A DNA stretch of 51,924 nucleotides, filler included, from Jimgerdemannia flammicorona (Eukaryota): assembly GCA_003990765.1 (NCBI GenBank). It is 2 parts of 2 records of this genome, joined end to end, with 100 filler letters (N's around TTAATTAATTAA, not from the genome) between each part and the next. Parts side by side here need not be neighbours in the genome. Positions count along the whole stretch, not along the records: positions 26,013 to 51,924 come from RBNJ01000777.1; 1 more part is not named here. One strand, given 5' to 3'. The position numbers and the translations under genes were made by a program. The notes under the pieces are model-generated. The model was not told where the DNA came from, ran no database searches, and was given only the letters and a program-made list of their open reading frames with translations. Positions 36,551 to 48,937 of this stretch are shown here, in pieces (position 1 is the first letter of the stretch; each line of letters begins with the position of its first letter).

Positions 36551-37926
36551 CACAAAGACGTAAAGCCAGATCATTAAAACTCACACGTCCATTTTCAACT
36601 CGGATCTGTCAAGGAATCGTCTCGTTAGCATGTTGGGAAATGAATTGTCAAATGCCGCCTCTGAGACCGGCAGATCTACGTCGCCGAGATTTTCCGCACT
36701 AGGTGGTGAATGCCGTATCGTTTCAATAGGATGTATAATTTAACAAAGGTAAATATATCACTTCAACTCACTATGTCATGATGGCGAGCATCAAAGTATT
36801 GATGTCGCGTTTGTCGTCTGCGGTGAGTGCGATACCGTACTCTTTTGCAATGGATTCCGGCATGAGACGATCAAACGCTAGCGCTGGGTAATTGCCGTCA
36901 TTGACAATCTGGTAAAAGCGTGAGAGGGGGAAGGAATAAGCGAAGGTTCGTCCAACTCCACATGAAATGAAGCTCGAGGTTACCTTGTGAACTTCGTCAA
37001 AAAATCGACATATGGCATCGGACACCTTTGTATGCGACAGCTTGACGTCTTGATGAAAGCTCTTTACCATCTCTGCCCAATCCTCAATGGAAAACAGGGT
37101 CTTCGTTTCTGGATGGTCGCCGGTGAGATCCAATATCCCCCAGTAAACCGGGCTTCAAAAATTCTTGTGATTAATACGATATTGAAGAATCGGATCGGAA
37201 TGGCTTACTTCGAGCATTTCTGAGATTCTGGGATCGTCTCGACGTAATTCGCCAATACCTCTTGTACGTTTGTTCCACTCGAGAGAATCCAATATTTAGT
37301 ATGACTTGAGGTGTCTTGATGCTCCAATCTTTCCACAAATGCGTAATCGGCTTTGTTTCCCATCTTCATTGAGGTATCGCGGTTTTCTTCTGCCGAAGCC
37401 GCGCACTCCCCATTCTCGCCTTCACTGACGTCTTTCTCAGTCAATCTGTCGCTGTTATCGTCTCCATCGACGAGTTGATTGACTACGCGCTTGTTCGCAT
37501 GAAATTCCTGATATAAATATTAGTAAAATATTAGTAAAGCTATTGTAAGAAATTTCACATCCTGGTTTCTGAGGTTACCTTTAGATCTTCATTGGTACAC
37601 GCCGAAGTAAGTTTCATTCTTAATGCAGTCTTGTGTTCTTCTGCTTCAGTTTTGTATCTCAGCTTATTCTTGAACTGCGACACTTCGACAGTTGAGAACA
37701 ATTTGTCATATGCAGACAACATTCTGTTCATCTTTTTTTTAGCATTTTTGCTGACGCTTTCACTTTTCTCGTAGCTCTGGAGCACGGTATAGATATCTTT
37801 TTTGATATTGTCGATCATATCGACATATAGTTCCTGCTTCGATTCTATGTATTGCAACATAGAGATGATTGACCAATCTTTATACCTCACACTGCTGAGA
37901 TAGTCGAACACGATATCACGAAACAT
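35701..37926 (-). CDS. multi-exon protein with a C-terminal PD-(D/E)xK restriction-endonuclease-like (Crinkler-REase-type) region; possible frameshift near 36058
   Basis: GT/AG-bounded exons read MFRDIVFDYL..., KYWILSSGTNVQEVL..., PVYWGILDL..., SEAAFDNSF..., GEICCWASAARRNQGR...VGQKCDFRG...LEAIVGLRSGG...KVFEDHVDLAVTMRDIL...FVLGVQSWG and end NTPVRKRVK*. The family assignment rests on motif resemblance only. Confidence 0.6.
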
Positions 37927-38025
37927 CTATAAAAATAAAAAAAAGTTCTAAGCTGTTTGTTTAACGCGTCCACAAAACCAAACGAAAGAAGCACAACGAC
38001 AGTCAACTGCATACTGGAAAACAGG

Positions 38026-38250
38026 ATGCAGGTATGGGCCTTCAGCACGTATGCTCAAGGATGTTCCCTGCAGACTGCATCCAGGCATCTGACATAGGAC
38101 GAAGGGCCATATGCCAGTAGGTATGCGTAACACACCCTGGACACTGGCATGCAGGTATGGGCCTTCAGCATGTATGCTCAAGGATGTTCCCTGCAGACCA
38201 GCGCCAAACATCTAACGCAGGACGAAAGGCCGCACGCCAGTAGGGATGCG
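38026..38250. repeat. 123-bp tandem duplication (copies start at 38026 and 38149)
   Basis: ATGCAGGTATGGGCCTTCAGCA(C/T)GTATGCTCAAGGATGTTCCCTGCAGAC... occurs twice. Confidence 0.85.
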
Positions 38251-38749
38251 CGTGACTGGTAGCATATAAATACACGTTGTTCAGGAAGTGACAGACGCGA
38301 TAATGCGTATTATGTATCTTTGCCTAAAAGGAAAGGAACGCGTGAAAATTCTTTTCAAGCCACCGATGACTTCACAAGTTCACTGTCTTATATAATACTA
38401 TAAAATTTATTTAAACATGAAATACTAATTTAAGTACCAATAAAAAAGTTTTATATGCTTAATAGTATAAATATAATAAATGCTCCAAAGTATTAGACTT
38501 CATGTATCGCATATTTGCAATAGAGACGCTCAGGTTTAATATTGGCGCAACAGCCAAAGGTGGGTGGTTGAAATAAGCTCACGCGACCGTGCTCATATGA
38601 CGCCTGGCCACCTGTTACTTCTCTATATCACAACTCTCCGTCATTAAGGCGGAGGGGTATGGAGGTCAGGGAATTGTGTTGGTGCCAAGGCTCTTGGCTC
38701 TTGGCGTCCTTGTGGCCTTGTGGTTATGGAGGTCGAAACGCGTATTGGG

Positions 38750-38782
38750 TGACGTCACCACGTGTCATGGCGGCTGACCAAT
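38750..38782 (+). promoter_or_regulatory. candidate cofilin promoter motifs (CRE TGACGTCA, E-box CACGTG, CCAAT)
   Basis: Clustered 120-150 bp upstream of the ATG, followed by a CT-rich tract. Confidence 0.45.
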
Positions 38783-38900
38783 GGCATGCGAGAGGGGTGA
38801 TTGTCATCACAGCCCCTCGGCACTCAATAGCGCCTTGGTCCACACCTGCTTCACTCTACTCCTCTCTTCCCTATCCACACCCCCCACCGCATTAAACAAA

Positions 38901-39927
38901 ATGGTACGTCTGAAACCCTCAGCTCCTGTTGTCCCACCTTCGCCACTGTGTCTACACCCAGTTCTACACGCATGCTTCACCATGACCACTGATCCTGATG
39001 ACCCTTCCGGCCACTTTTCCACCCTTTGCTCGTTGGCAATCGCATACAATCTCGCTGCGTGCAGTCCTCTGGTGTTGCCGTTAACGAAAGCTGCTTGGAG
39101 ATCTACCAGGAGCTCAAGCTCCGCAAGAAGTACAAGTTCCTCCTGTTCAAGCTCTCTGACGACCACAAGGAGATCGTCCTCGAGAAAGCCATCGAACAGG
39201 GTGAATACTCAACCTTCCTCGAGCATCTCCCGAAGGACGAGCCTCGTTATGCTGTGTATGATTTTGAGTATGAGAAGCCTGGTGAGGGGACGAGGAACAA
39301 GATTGTCTTCTATGCCTGGTACGTGAATTTTTTATTTCGTTGGTATTGTTGGTGAATGCGCTAGCAACGGGAAACGTGAATCTGAGGCTATAGTGCCTTT
39401 TTAAAGCAGTGGGATGAGAATAGGGGTTTAGCCATACATGCGATCTGCTGGATCGAGGTGGCACATTTGCGTGGAATAGGGAGAGAAGGCCTTCAAGAGG
39501 CCACTGAACCAGCATCATGTTGGGATTGTGGGTTGGTTGTGATGTATTCACCGGGCCTGCAGTCTTAGCTTCCCTACCATAGGGGAAGTTGGCCATCGAA
39601 CTTCATACCACTGGGCTCGGATTAGTGACGAGACGCCTGGAGGGTATAGATTGTCGGCTGTGGATGATATATTTATATAGTGTGTTGCACATTCGCTCTT
39701 TGGAACGCTGTGAACTCACCAAATACTCGCCCTCCACTTCGGTCTACATATGTACACCGCTTAGGACCCCTGATACCGCGAAGATCAGGCAGAAAATGGT
39801 GTACGCCTCCAGCAAGGACGCGCTCCGCAAGACGCTCGTTGGCATCTCTACCGAAATCCAAGGCACCGACTTTGATGAGGTCGAATATGATACGATCCTC
39901 GAGAAGGTGTCTCGCTCGTCCGCCTAA
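38901..39927 (+). CDS. COF1: cofilin / actin-depolymerising factor, 139 aa (exons 38901-38903, 39065-39318, 39765-39927)
   Basis: [11 protein letters not shown]...[46 protein letters not shown]; canonical splice sites; total 420 nt. Confidence 0.97.
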
Positions 39928-40269
39928 ATAATCTGATGGTTTCTTCCCCACCCTTCTTCTGCTGCGGGGGGTTTTTTTTTCCGGCTTCTATTATACATCG
40001 TCTCATTCCACTCGCCGTGTTTGAATGTAACCAAGTAACTTTGCAATCCGGTATATATCGGTGGCCGCGTCGACACGAATACACACACATACTTCATACT
40101 ATTGAATGAATATAGACGGATTGACAGAGCAGGTGACAGCGTGATGGCTTCCCAAATGAACGGTTTTCACATGATAATCCGGGTGGCGCGGAGCAGTCAC
40201 TCCCAAAATCCTTGAGACATAACAGGGCTCAGGCAATCTACTGTAGACCACCCTCTCGAACGGTAACCA

Positions 40270-43200
40270 ATGGTAGGCAATACTCGTCTACCGCAACAGC
40301 CCCCTAGCTTTCTATATCTCAAAACTTTATACTCTCTCGCTCAGGAACCTCCTAACACCGTAAGATCTATACTGGTCAGCGGCATTGACATCATCTCCAA
40401 CCTCTTTTGTGTCTTTCTCGAATTCGTCGCTCGCTGGTCAAATGTAAGATGAATTTTCTTCATATTGACGAATCTCCCCAACATGACAGAAATGGGCTTG
40501 GCCACAAAATAAATTGCTCTTCTTTCCTGGCGCAGAAAATATGGAATGCATTCCACGAACTGAAACCGGAGGACCTTCTGCGAAAGGATATGGCCTCTTC
40601 GAGAACCTATGAGGAATGGAGTGAAAAGGCTGCAAAGCTTGATCTGTGAGTTGATATGTCATTTATATTTTTAACTTCCATGATTCCGCTTTCAATTTCA
40701 ACTTTCATCTCACATCATGTCACTATATTCATGTGCAGCGATTGCGGTAAGAAATGCGACATCTAGCCAGTATGTGTATGCCGTGATACTTGGAATTATA
40801 TTAATTTTTCGGTTTTGAACTATTAGGCAACGATGACTGGAAAGCCAACCCCGAGTCGAGGTTCTACGACTACAATCTGATCCAATCCCGGTTGCAACAC
40901 TTGAAGGAAGTCCGCCAAACTGGCGACGTGATGGCCATGATTTATCTGTTGCGGTCAGGTAACTGCGCAGTTTTTTATACGCAGAGAAGGGGGGATTTGA
41001 ATATACTGCTTTGGAATCACAACCTAGGCGGAATGTTATGACCGTCAATACTTTCTTAATACATTACATCAACCCAGGTCTCCTCCGAAATCTTGGTGGT
41101 ATGTGCGACGCAAAGCTATATTACAAGTCTCCACTGGGGTATGATATACTCGGTTTGTCGTCTCTGCCGAAATCCCAGGATTTCAACATGCGATTTCAAT
41201 TGCTCATTCTCTCACATGACATTTCTGCTATGAACTATATTAGCACGAAACAATTGATTGAAGACTACATGCAAGAAGTCGTATCGCAGCTCGATCACAT
41301 CGCTGCAACCAACTTCTCCGAACTCAATCCCCAGGCCAAGCTTGATTTCTTCAACGACACGAGGCAGAGTTTTGGCTGTTCTGCCCTTGTGCTGCACGGC
41401 GGTTCTGCATTTGGTGAGTAGATGGCACGTGATTTGTCTTGGCTGTATTCGTGGTTACGAGTGCCCGAGAAGACGACCAGACACTGAATCTTAATTAAAT
41501 AACACGTATCTTCTTTCTCTCTCTCTCTTGAATAGGCCTGTATCATCTTGGCGTCGTAAAAGCTTTGAATCAGGCCGGGCTCTTGCCACGGATCATCAGC
41601 GGAACCTCGGTGGGTGCGCTGATGGCAGCGTTGATCTGCATTCATACCGATAGCGAGTTGCCGGTAGGTTCTGTTGCTATTCTACAATCCTCATGCCGTT
41701 CGGGCTTGATATGCCGTCGCAACATTGGCCGCTTTCGACACTTTCGCTCGAAGGGCTAATACTTGTGCTACCAACTGGATGATCTTCGGCTGCTCGCAGC
41801 ATATTTTTAAACCCGAGGGTATCGATCTTAAGGCCTTCACCAAGAAAGGCACCAAGGGCAACGTGCGGCGCAAGATTACACGTCTTTTGAAATACGGTTG
41901 TTCTATTCGACAATGCTTCAGTTTATTTCAGTTCGAATATCTGCAACGTTAAAACATGGCTTATTCAAATGCTATACTTGCATACCCCATGGTAATACAG
42001 GATATTTGATGGACATCAAGGTGTTGGAAGAATGTGTACGAAGCAATGTTGGGGATTTGACGTTTGAGGTGGGTGTATAACAATGCTGAATACAGTATGT
42101 TCATGCAGGTACTGGCGTACGCAATGCCCTAAATTATCCTTCATTTCGGATTGCAGGAGGCGTACGCCAAAACAAAGCGCATCTTGAACATTAGTGTCTC
42201 ATCCACCCGCAAGTTTGAAGTTCCTCAGCTTCTCAATTATCTCACGGCACCGAACGTGGTGAGTACATGCCTCCCTAAGTCAATATGGATCAGTGGGACT
42301 ATTGCTAAACGAATTTCGTCTTTCATTGATGATGAAAAACGATATTGTGCAAAAGTTAATTTGGAGTGCAGCTTGCGCTTCTACCGCGCTCATGGGGCTT
42401 TACGATACCGTGAACTTGCTGGCAAAGGACAAATACGGAGCTATCGTTTCATGGAGTCCTTCAAGTAAGCCCTTGCTTTCCAATTGAAATACAACAGTTG
42501 TCTTGAACACCGCGCATCGCCAAAGTGTGGATTTCTACCCTATCATGACTTATCTTACCGTGATCGCTTCATGAAACATTTCAAACTCTAAACGAAATTG
42601 CAGCCGTTAAATGGACTGAGGCGTCACCAGCTGAAAGGTTGGTGACCTTTTTGATACCTACATAATATTTGTTTTTGCTGACGTGTTCAAAACATTGCGA
42701 AAGGGCTGGTAATTGGCAATTTACACGGTTTCCTTGCTTTGTTACAGCGAATCTCCGCTGACGCGATTGGCAGAGCTTTTCAACGTCAATCACTTCATCG
42801 TCTCGCAGGCGAATCCGTACATTGTGCCATTTGTACCCAGGAGCATCAAATCTCCTGGAGAGGGCCTTATCGTTAAAATTGGCTACGTTATTTCCTCCGA
42901 GTTTCGGCATCGGCTTTTCCAGGTTTGTATCATTTTGAAGGTGAACTCGTTTCCACAAAATTTTACCACATTTTTATGCGGCTTTGGCTGACAAGTGATT
43001 ATCTTTATGTCATAAGCTTGATCAGATGCACCTTTTGCCGCATATGTTCCGTGGCATAGCCGACGAGAATGTGTCCGGCAACGTTACAATTGTTCCAGAT
43101 CTGTCTATTATTGTAAGTCTTGTTTATTAATTTCCACACTCCAAATTTTATGATCATTGGTCGTGAAATTATTTATAAGTGAGATTTTTTATACTTTGGC

Positions 43201-43558
43201 TTTTTACGATATGCAGGATTTCAAGAAGGTTTTTTCAAACCCGACACATGCCTCCCTTGATTACTGGATTTTGAAGGGCGAGCAATCCGCCTGGCCCATG
43301 CTAGCCATGATCAGGACTAGATGCATGATCGAGCTGGAGTTGGATCGAAGTGAGTTTATTGATCGATTTTGTTTTATGTTATGTATGTGTGAGAGGAGCT
43401 AGGGATAGGGGTTGAATTCAGACACATATGCTGACATGCAATCGGTTTCACTCTCGCTAATAGTACTCCTCAGTTTGAAATCACACGCATCGGACCGCAC
43501 GGCGTCTACGGGACCACAGACCTTGACCATCAAAAAGCGCACCAAGTCCATGCATTGA
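40270..43558 (+). CDS. TGL3: patatin-like triacylglycerol lipase, Tgl3-like, many exons
   Basis: DUF3336-like N-terminus (TYEEW...LD...GNDDWK...YDYNLI...LLRNLGG), ALVLHGGSAFG, LPRIISGTSVG, GDLTFEEAY, QLLNYLTAPNVLIWSA, ESPLTRLAELFNVNHFIVSQA; ends KKRTKSMH*. Confidence 0.9.
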
Positions 43559-43877
43559 CGTAATTGCTGTGAATGGTTAGGAGGGGTTATCCTTTTTTGA
43601 TTTGTGGATTGTATTGGAAAAAATGTTTGCTTTATCATGACATAGATAAGTGTAGTTTACAGGAATGAAGTTAGCTTCGACATTCCCAAGTTGATTTGAA
43701 ATTTTCATGCAAAATAGAAATCTTTGGTAGTATCTTGAAGTCAGACGAAGTAAGAGTCAGTGCTGGTTGATTACATCTCAATCAACCAGTGGCGGAAGTA
43801 TATCGTGTGCGTGATTCAGTACAGAGGTTTTCAAGCCAGAACAATTTGCCTGTAATTTCACTTCTGATAAACGACGT

Positions 43878-44364
43878 TCAGTCCCATGCATTTTTCAACA
43901 TTTTTTTCTTTTCCGCTTTTCGTTGTGCTTTGGTTACCCTTTCCTCCGCTTTTTCAGAATTGATCAGCGCACGTTGGTATATTTTCTCCTTCTTCGCCTT
44001 TACGCCCTTTTTCATGGGTACTTTCTTCACCTTTTTAAGCAGAGAGGTTGTCAACGTAATGTCGGGTATGGCTTGTTTGCGAGCTTGTAGAAGTTCGAGC
44101 TGCGCCGCGACACGCGCTTTGCCTGGCTCGCGAGCACAAAAAAAGGTGTTGGAATAAGGGACATAAAACATACACTAGTGATGATGTGTAGCTAACGCTT
44201 TTGCTTGCACCGACCTGAGGCGGTTGAAGGATCGGTGCTGATGGGAGTCGCGTGCTGCGAAATATCTAATGAGGTTTTAAAATGGAAGAAATATAGCACA
44301 TTGGAAAACAATTGTCGAACACACTCGCTGACTTACTGTTGTTTGCTGGTTTTGTTTTCCCCAT
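43878..44364 (-). CDS. small basic protein resembling ribosome-biogenesis factor Alb1/Ecm1 (3 exons)
   Basis: MGKTKPAN|...|GKARVAAQLELL...KIYQRALINSEKAEERVTKAQRKAEKKKMLKNAWD*. Lys-rich C-terminal helix ending in Trp; canonical introns. Confidence 0.6.
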
Positions 44365-44500
44365 TTCCTGTCTAGTAGGCGTGGTTGGCAGCACGCAAAG
44401 GTAAAAAATGGCCAATCACATGATCCAAGCCACTGACACGGCTACATGTGATAAGAATTCACGAATTCACGAAACGCGCACGGAACGACGTCTCACAAAT

Positions 44501-47500
44501 ATGGCGGCAACTTTGAATAAAAATCCAAAAGGTGCCTTTTTCGTTGTCTAGTTGCGTTTTCGAGCGACATTGGCATACTCAAACACTCTGCCGAGAAACT
44601 TATTATTACGAATATTTCGTGCCTCACCTTGTTTCCGCAGTGCGTTCCGCGGACGACATCGATGATTCTCAAGATTCACAGGAAGAATATTCTCTCAGCT
44701 CAAGCCAGGGCGAGAAAACTAGCCAGGACGAGAAAACTAGCCAGGAACTGGAAATCATCTGCACTTGTAAGCTCTTTTCCACACTGCAAACAACTATTGT
44801 GTGTAGTCGATACTCACCACCGTTTCTATAAGATGCTGGCATTAAAGGAAACAAGACCAAAGTGGCCAACTCTCTGACGGCCATTATACAGCCAGTGGCG
44901 GTGAATGGAGTTGAAGATAATCATATTGACAAGATGCTGAACGCGATTCTGGGTGGTAAATTAGGTCAGTTTCAAAGAAACGGGAAATTGTATATCTTTT
45001 TGTAATGGCGGATCCGTCCTCCTTGATGCACTCATTCCCTCTTACCTGGCCTTGTAGACGAGGCAAGTTCCAAAAGGCTTGCCAAGTTGCTACTGCCGCG
45101 CAAACGTGTGAGGGAGGATCATGTGGTGAAGATTTTGGGAAGTTTATCTAGTGGTAGAAAAAGTGTACTGGTAAGAAGTTTTGATTTATTACGCCTACAC
45201 ACTTTTTACCCTATATCACACATTATTACATTAGCATGTCGACTTACTTTACTTACGTCCATGTTGCCATGTTGACTACCTAACATTTTATTTGATAGAC
45301 CTTCCTGCTCCGATGGGCGATCCTCATCTACGACGTTTTGGAGAGTACGGACAAATTGCGGAAACTCTACGGTGTCATTTTCCACTATCTGGAATTCCAA
45401 ACTCTCAGGTTTGAACCCCTACCACGCACACCTACATATCCCTTCAATTTTTGAGTTATGATAACAAAACGATGTATCCAATGTACATGTCGTGTCCTAG
45501 GCCGGAGATATGCCATCTTCTGTACTATCTGACTCGTCGTGAACATGTAAAACCGTTCCGGATACGGAAACTGTATCCTTTGGCACGAATTTCAACCTAT
45601 GTCATTGCAATCAATAGGAAAATGTGCTCGGTTGCTTTCTTCATGCGATCTGAGGTTCCTTGACAGTGATATTATTCTTTAACAGCATGGACCTACATCA
45701 CCGTGTCGGGCCCGAACCCGCAGTTATTGGTCTTCTGTCCGTATATAAGGATTACTATCCTAATCTGGTCATGACGAATATCCCCCCGTCCAAGCGCCTC
45801 ATATTCAAGGTCTGTATGGCATCATGTAAAGCTGACGCTTTTATCATTTGATATTTTAATAAGACAAGGATTATTGAACGAAAGGTGACATTCGCAATTC
45901 TACGTTATTACAGTGCCCTGATCTGGCGTGGCAACAGTCAATCCAAGAGATACAAGCCAAATGGAACGCGGAAAACTTTCAGTTTGTCATTGCTTCGCAC
46001 GCGCCTTTGCAGATGGGCTCAGCGGTACGTCTGAGCAAACCAATATTTCTGATCTGGAATGTGATTCTATTGCTCATCATCTGTACGACGTGTGGGTAAT
46101 TGGCAAACAGGCAGTAATTTTTGAGGGCTGATATTACACACCCGTCCAAATGAGTTACATTATCTATGATCTATGATCGCTTTCTTCAACTTCTAGTTAA
46201 AACGGCGAAAAGTCTATCATGTGGATGTTCCGACGTTGAAAACGCTAAATGTTGCACCGGTACATAACTTTCGCGCCATGTTTTGATTCAATCACCGAAA
46301 CTTCTACATTTCAATGGTTGGTGTGCTGCCGAAGGATTCAATTCATGCCCCTACTGGTCATTCCAGAAATCCGTCACGATTGAGGAATTATCGGGCTTTA
46401 AAGACCTCGCGCGCCACATTGATCGTCTCGAGCTGCCAAATCAACTCGCATCTGTTCTGGACAACCGGCTGTTGCAGCATTTGGTCGTTTGTAATCCCGA
46501 GGGTGAGTCAGTCCAGCACGCATGTTTATTTTATCATTGTGGTTTATTCGCTTTGAACTACTTTATTATCGTGCTCTGACACTAGGTTTCTCCATTGTTA
46601 TTCGGAATCCCTTACTAGAAACTGTTATTGCCAGGATCAGCCATTGGCTTGGTCAATGTATTATGGATGTTGTCTTTTGGAGAGATCAGACAGCGGAGAA
46701 CCGTACCATTTTTGGCGAACTACTTGAGAAGGTGGTGCGATTGACTGAGTTTACGAAGGTAAGAGGAATGGTTAGATAACGAAGGGCCGAGGCGACGAAG
46801 AAGAGGGGAGTTTGTATAGTAGGTTGACCCTATGATCTTGTTTATGCCGAGAGAGTGCTAGATTTCTCATAATAACGTCGAAGTAAAACGTTGTATTATC
46901 TTCATAGGCTAGAAATTAACTGTATCTGGATTCATCCATATCCATCCACAGGAACTATTTCCTGTTTTCGAGACCTTTTTGAATTCCTATATCCGATCGT
47001 GGGATGGCATTGAGCATCAACAAGAGATTTTTAAGCTCATCTCTTTCGTAAGGCCGACTTCTTACGAAGGTAGGAGTAATTACATTATTTGCGCATATCG
47101 TGCATCGTGATGAATAAGACAACTTTTGGTATCTTTACCCGGCATTGTTCTTTATTTGCTTTCCTAGATTTGTATGGTCGATTTTTGAAGCCGTTGCATC
47201 GGCTGTTTTATGTGTCGCCGGCATTGTGGAAGGTAGCATATCATGGTTATAAACATTCTATCTTTATATTTTGTTTTGATAGATTACGACGGGAGCTCTT
47301 GAGCATGAGCTGTTGACTCGTCCCATCTTATTGTTTTGTCTGCATTTTGTTTGATTTGCAGTCGAAGCTCATTTTGACCTGCACCGAATGGCTCAAGAAC
47401 TGGTCCCTACACTATTGGGGTGGGCACAGCACGCGAAGGAGGCAGCAACAAGGGTCTGAAGCTTCAGCGCTTGAAGATGAACTGTAAGTGGCACGGTGTC

Positions 47501-48863
47501 TGATACGATATACTCGCTGTCCTTAGGAACATCCTATTGATCTTTCGGTAATCGTTACTTTTTTTCTTCTTCTCGTTATTTTGCGCCTAGAGAGGGCATG
47601 TTTGCAGGTCTGTCATTCAAGATCGACTATTTCAAGACTATGCGTGAGTTCATCATGCACGTCGACCTGACCTGCGTTATGGGGCTTGAGGTGGGTGTTC
47701 GATCTACGGAGGAGTGGAATGAGTTCCGGTTTGACCGAGTTGGTGATCTTAAGCGGGCTTTGCAAGGGATAGTAAGGCGGATGGATTCCCAACATGATTT
47801 CAAAGATGCCTTCTCTTTTCGCGATTTAGCTAGAAAACGATGATGTTTCGGTGCAGCATGCGACGCTGTCGTTCTTTGAACTGGTGAGTTGATTGCGGGA
47901 TGGCTGAGCTGTAGACTTTCGAAGGAGAGGATGTCTAGTCATCGATTTAATAGATCAGCGTTCCTGTAAAAGATATCTGACGCTTTACGCTGCTGACGGC
48001 CATCGATCGACATTTGGTTAGGTATCCTCCATGTCCCTCGAGTACAACATCCCGGAAATCATCATCCCCTCCTTCGTCGTTGTCCACCGCTGTTTCTTCT
48101 CCATTTCCGGGATGGCGATGTCGAGGATGTGCGGCATAGTTGCGCAGTATGTTTCTTTCTATCATACTTTATTTATTTATTTATTCGACACGGTGTCTTG
48201 TTTATTTTATTCCTTCAAGGAGATCGTGGACAGCTCGTTGCCATTTATTAATCTTCCTTCCGCGTATCTTTGAGTTAGGTACAAAGTTGCCTTTGAAGAG
48301 AATGAACGACGCAAGGATCGCGAATGGGCCTCGGCATACTCGCGCGAATACGTCAACCATTTCAATTCATTCGTGATGGACATCTGCAATTGTTTGTGGC
48401 GCAACCGTGGGCTTAATCGGACGGACAAGAATGCATCGGCATGCTTACTTTCAGAGTAGGTTGAGATAATCTGTTCCGATTTCCAAGACAACAAGGGCAA
48501 TGCAAATGGTTGACTGGTATCATTGTTTTTGCTGAATTTTTTAGAGAGGTGGTAGAGCAGCTAAACAAAATTTGCGAAGAACGGCGGGACAATATGTCGT
48601 ATTTGTTCTCGCTGACGCACTCGGTGGCGATGGGATCGTTCTCGCGCGGGTTCATGAGGGGGTTGGAGTTGCATTCGGCGCAGAAGCATGCGGGGCCGGT
48701 GACGTCGCACTCGGTGAAGGAAAATGCGATGGTGGGTGGGGTGCAGATCGGGTATTCGGACTATCGGGTGCAATACCTGGACCACCTCCTGGACAAAGGG
48801 TTCAGCGGCATGCACACCTTCTTGTACAGCTCCATGACGTCACTCATGAGCCGTAAGAAATGA
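44501..48863 (+). CDS. mis6: inner kinetochore protein CENP-I / Mis6 / Ctf3, many exons
   Basis: LLLPRKRVREDHVVKILGSL, LYGVIFHYL...RPEICHLLYYLTRREHVKPFRI, LLSVYKDYYP, HIDRLELPNQL, YIRSWDG, FNSFVMDICNCLWRNR, LFSLTHS, GPVT, YRVQYLDHL...FLYSSMTSL. Confidence 0.9.
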
Positions 48864-48876
48864 TGACGTCAATAAA
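48835..48876 (+). promoter_or_regulatory. two CRE/ATF palindromes (TGACGTCA at 48835-48842 and 48864-48871) and AATAAA straddling the mis6 stop
   Basis: Seen directly, 65-100 bp upstream of the likely ATG (48938) of the next gene. Confidence 0.5.
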
Positions 48877-48937
48877 GCACACAAAAGGATTTGATCGTCC
48901 GATTCTTGCATCCTTTCCTCCTATTCACCCCTCTCAA

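Noticed and set aside
39319..39764. Long cofilin intron as a possible snoRNA host or alternative exon
   Set aside because: No convincing C/D or H/ACA box pair and no cofilin-like alternative exon found.
48860..48937. ORF-track start at 48860 overlapping the mis6 stop
   Set aside because: The ATG at 48938 has the CT-rich leader and A-rich context seen at cofilin and tubulin, so the extension is probably untranslated, though not excluded.
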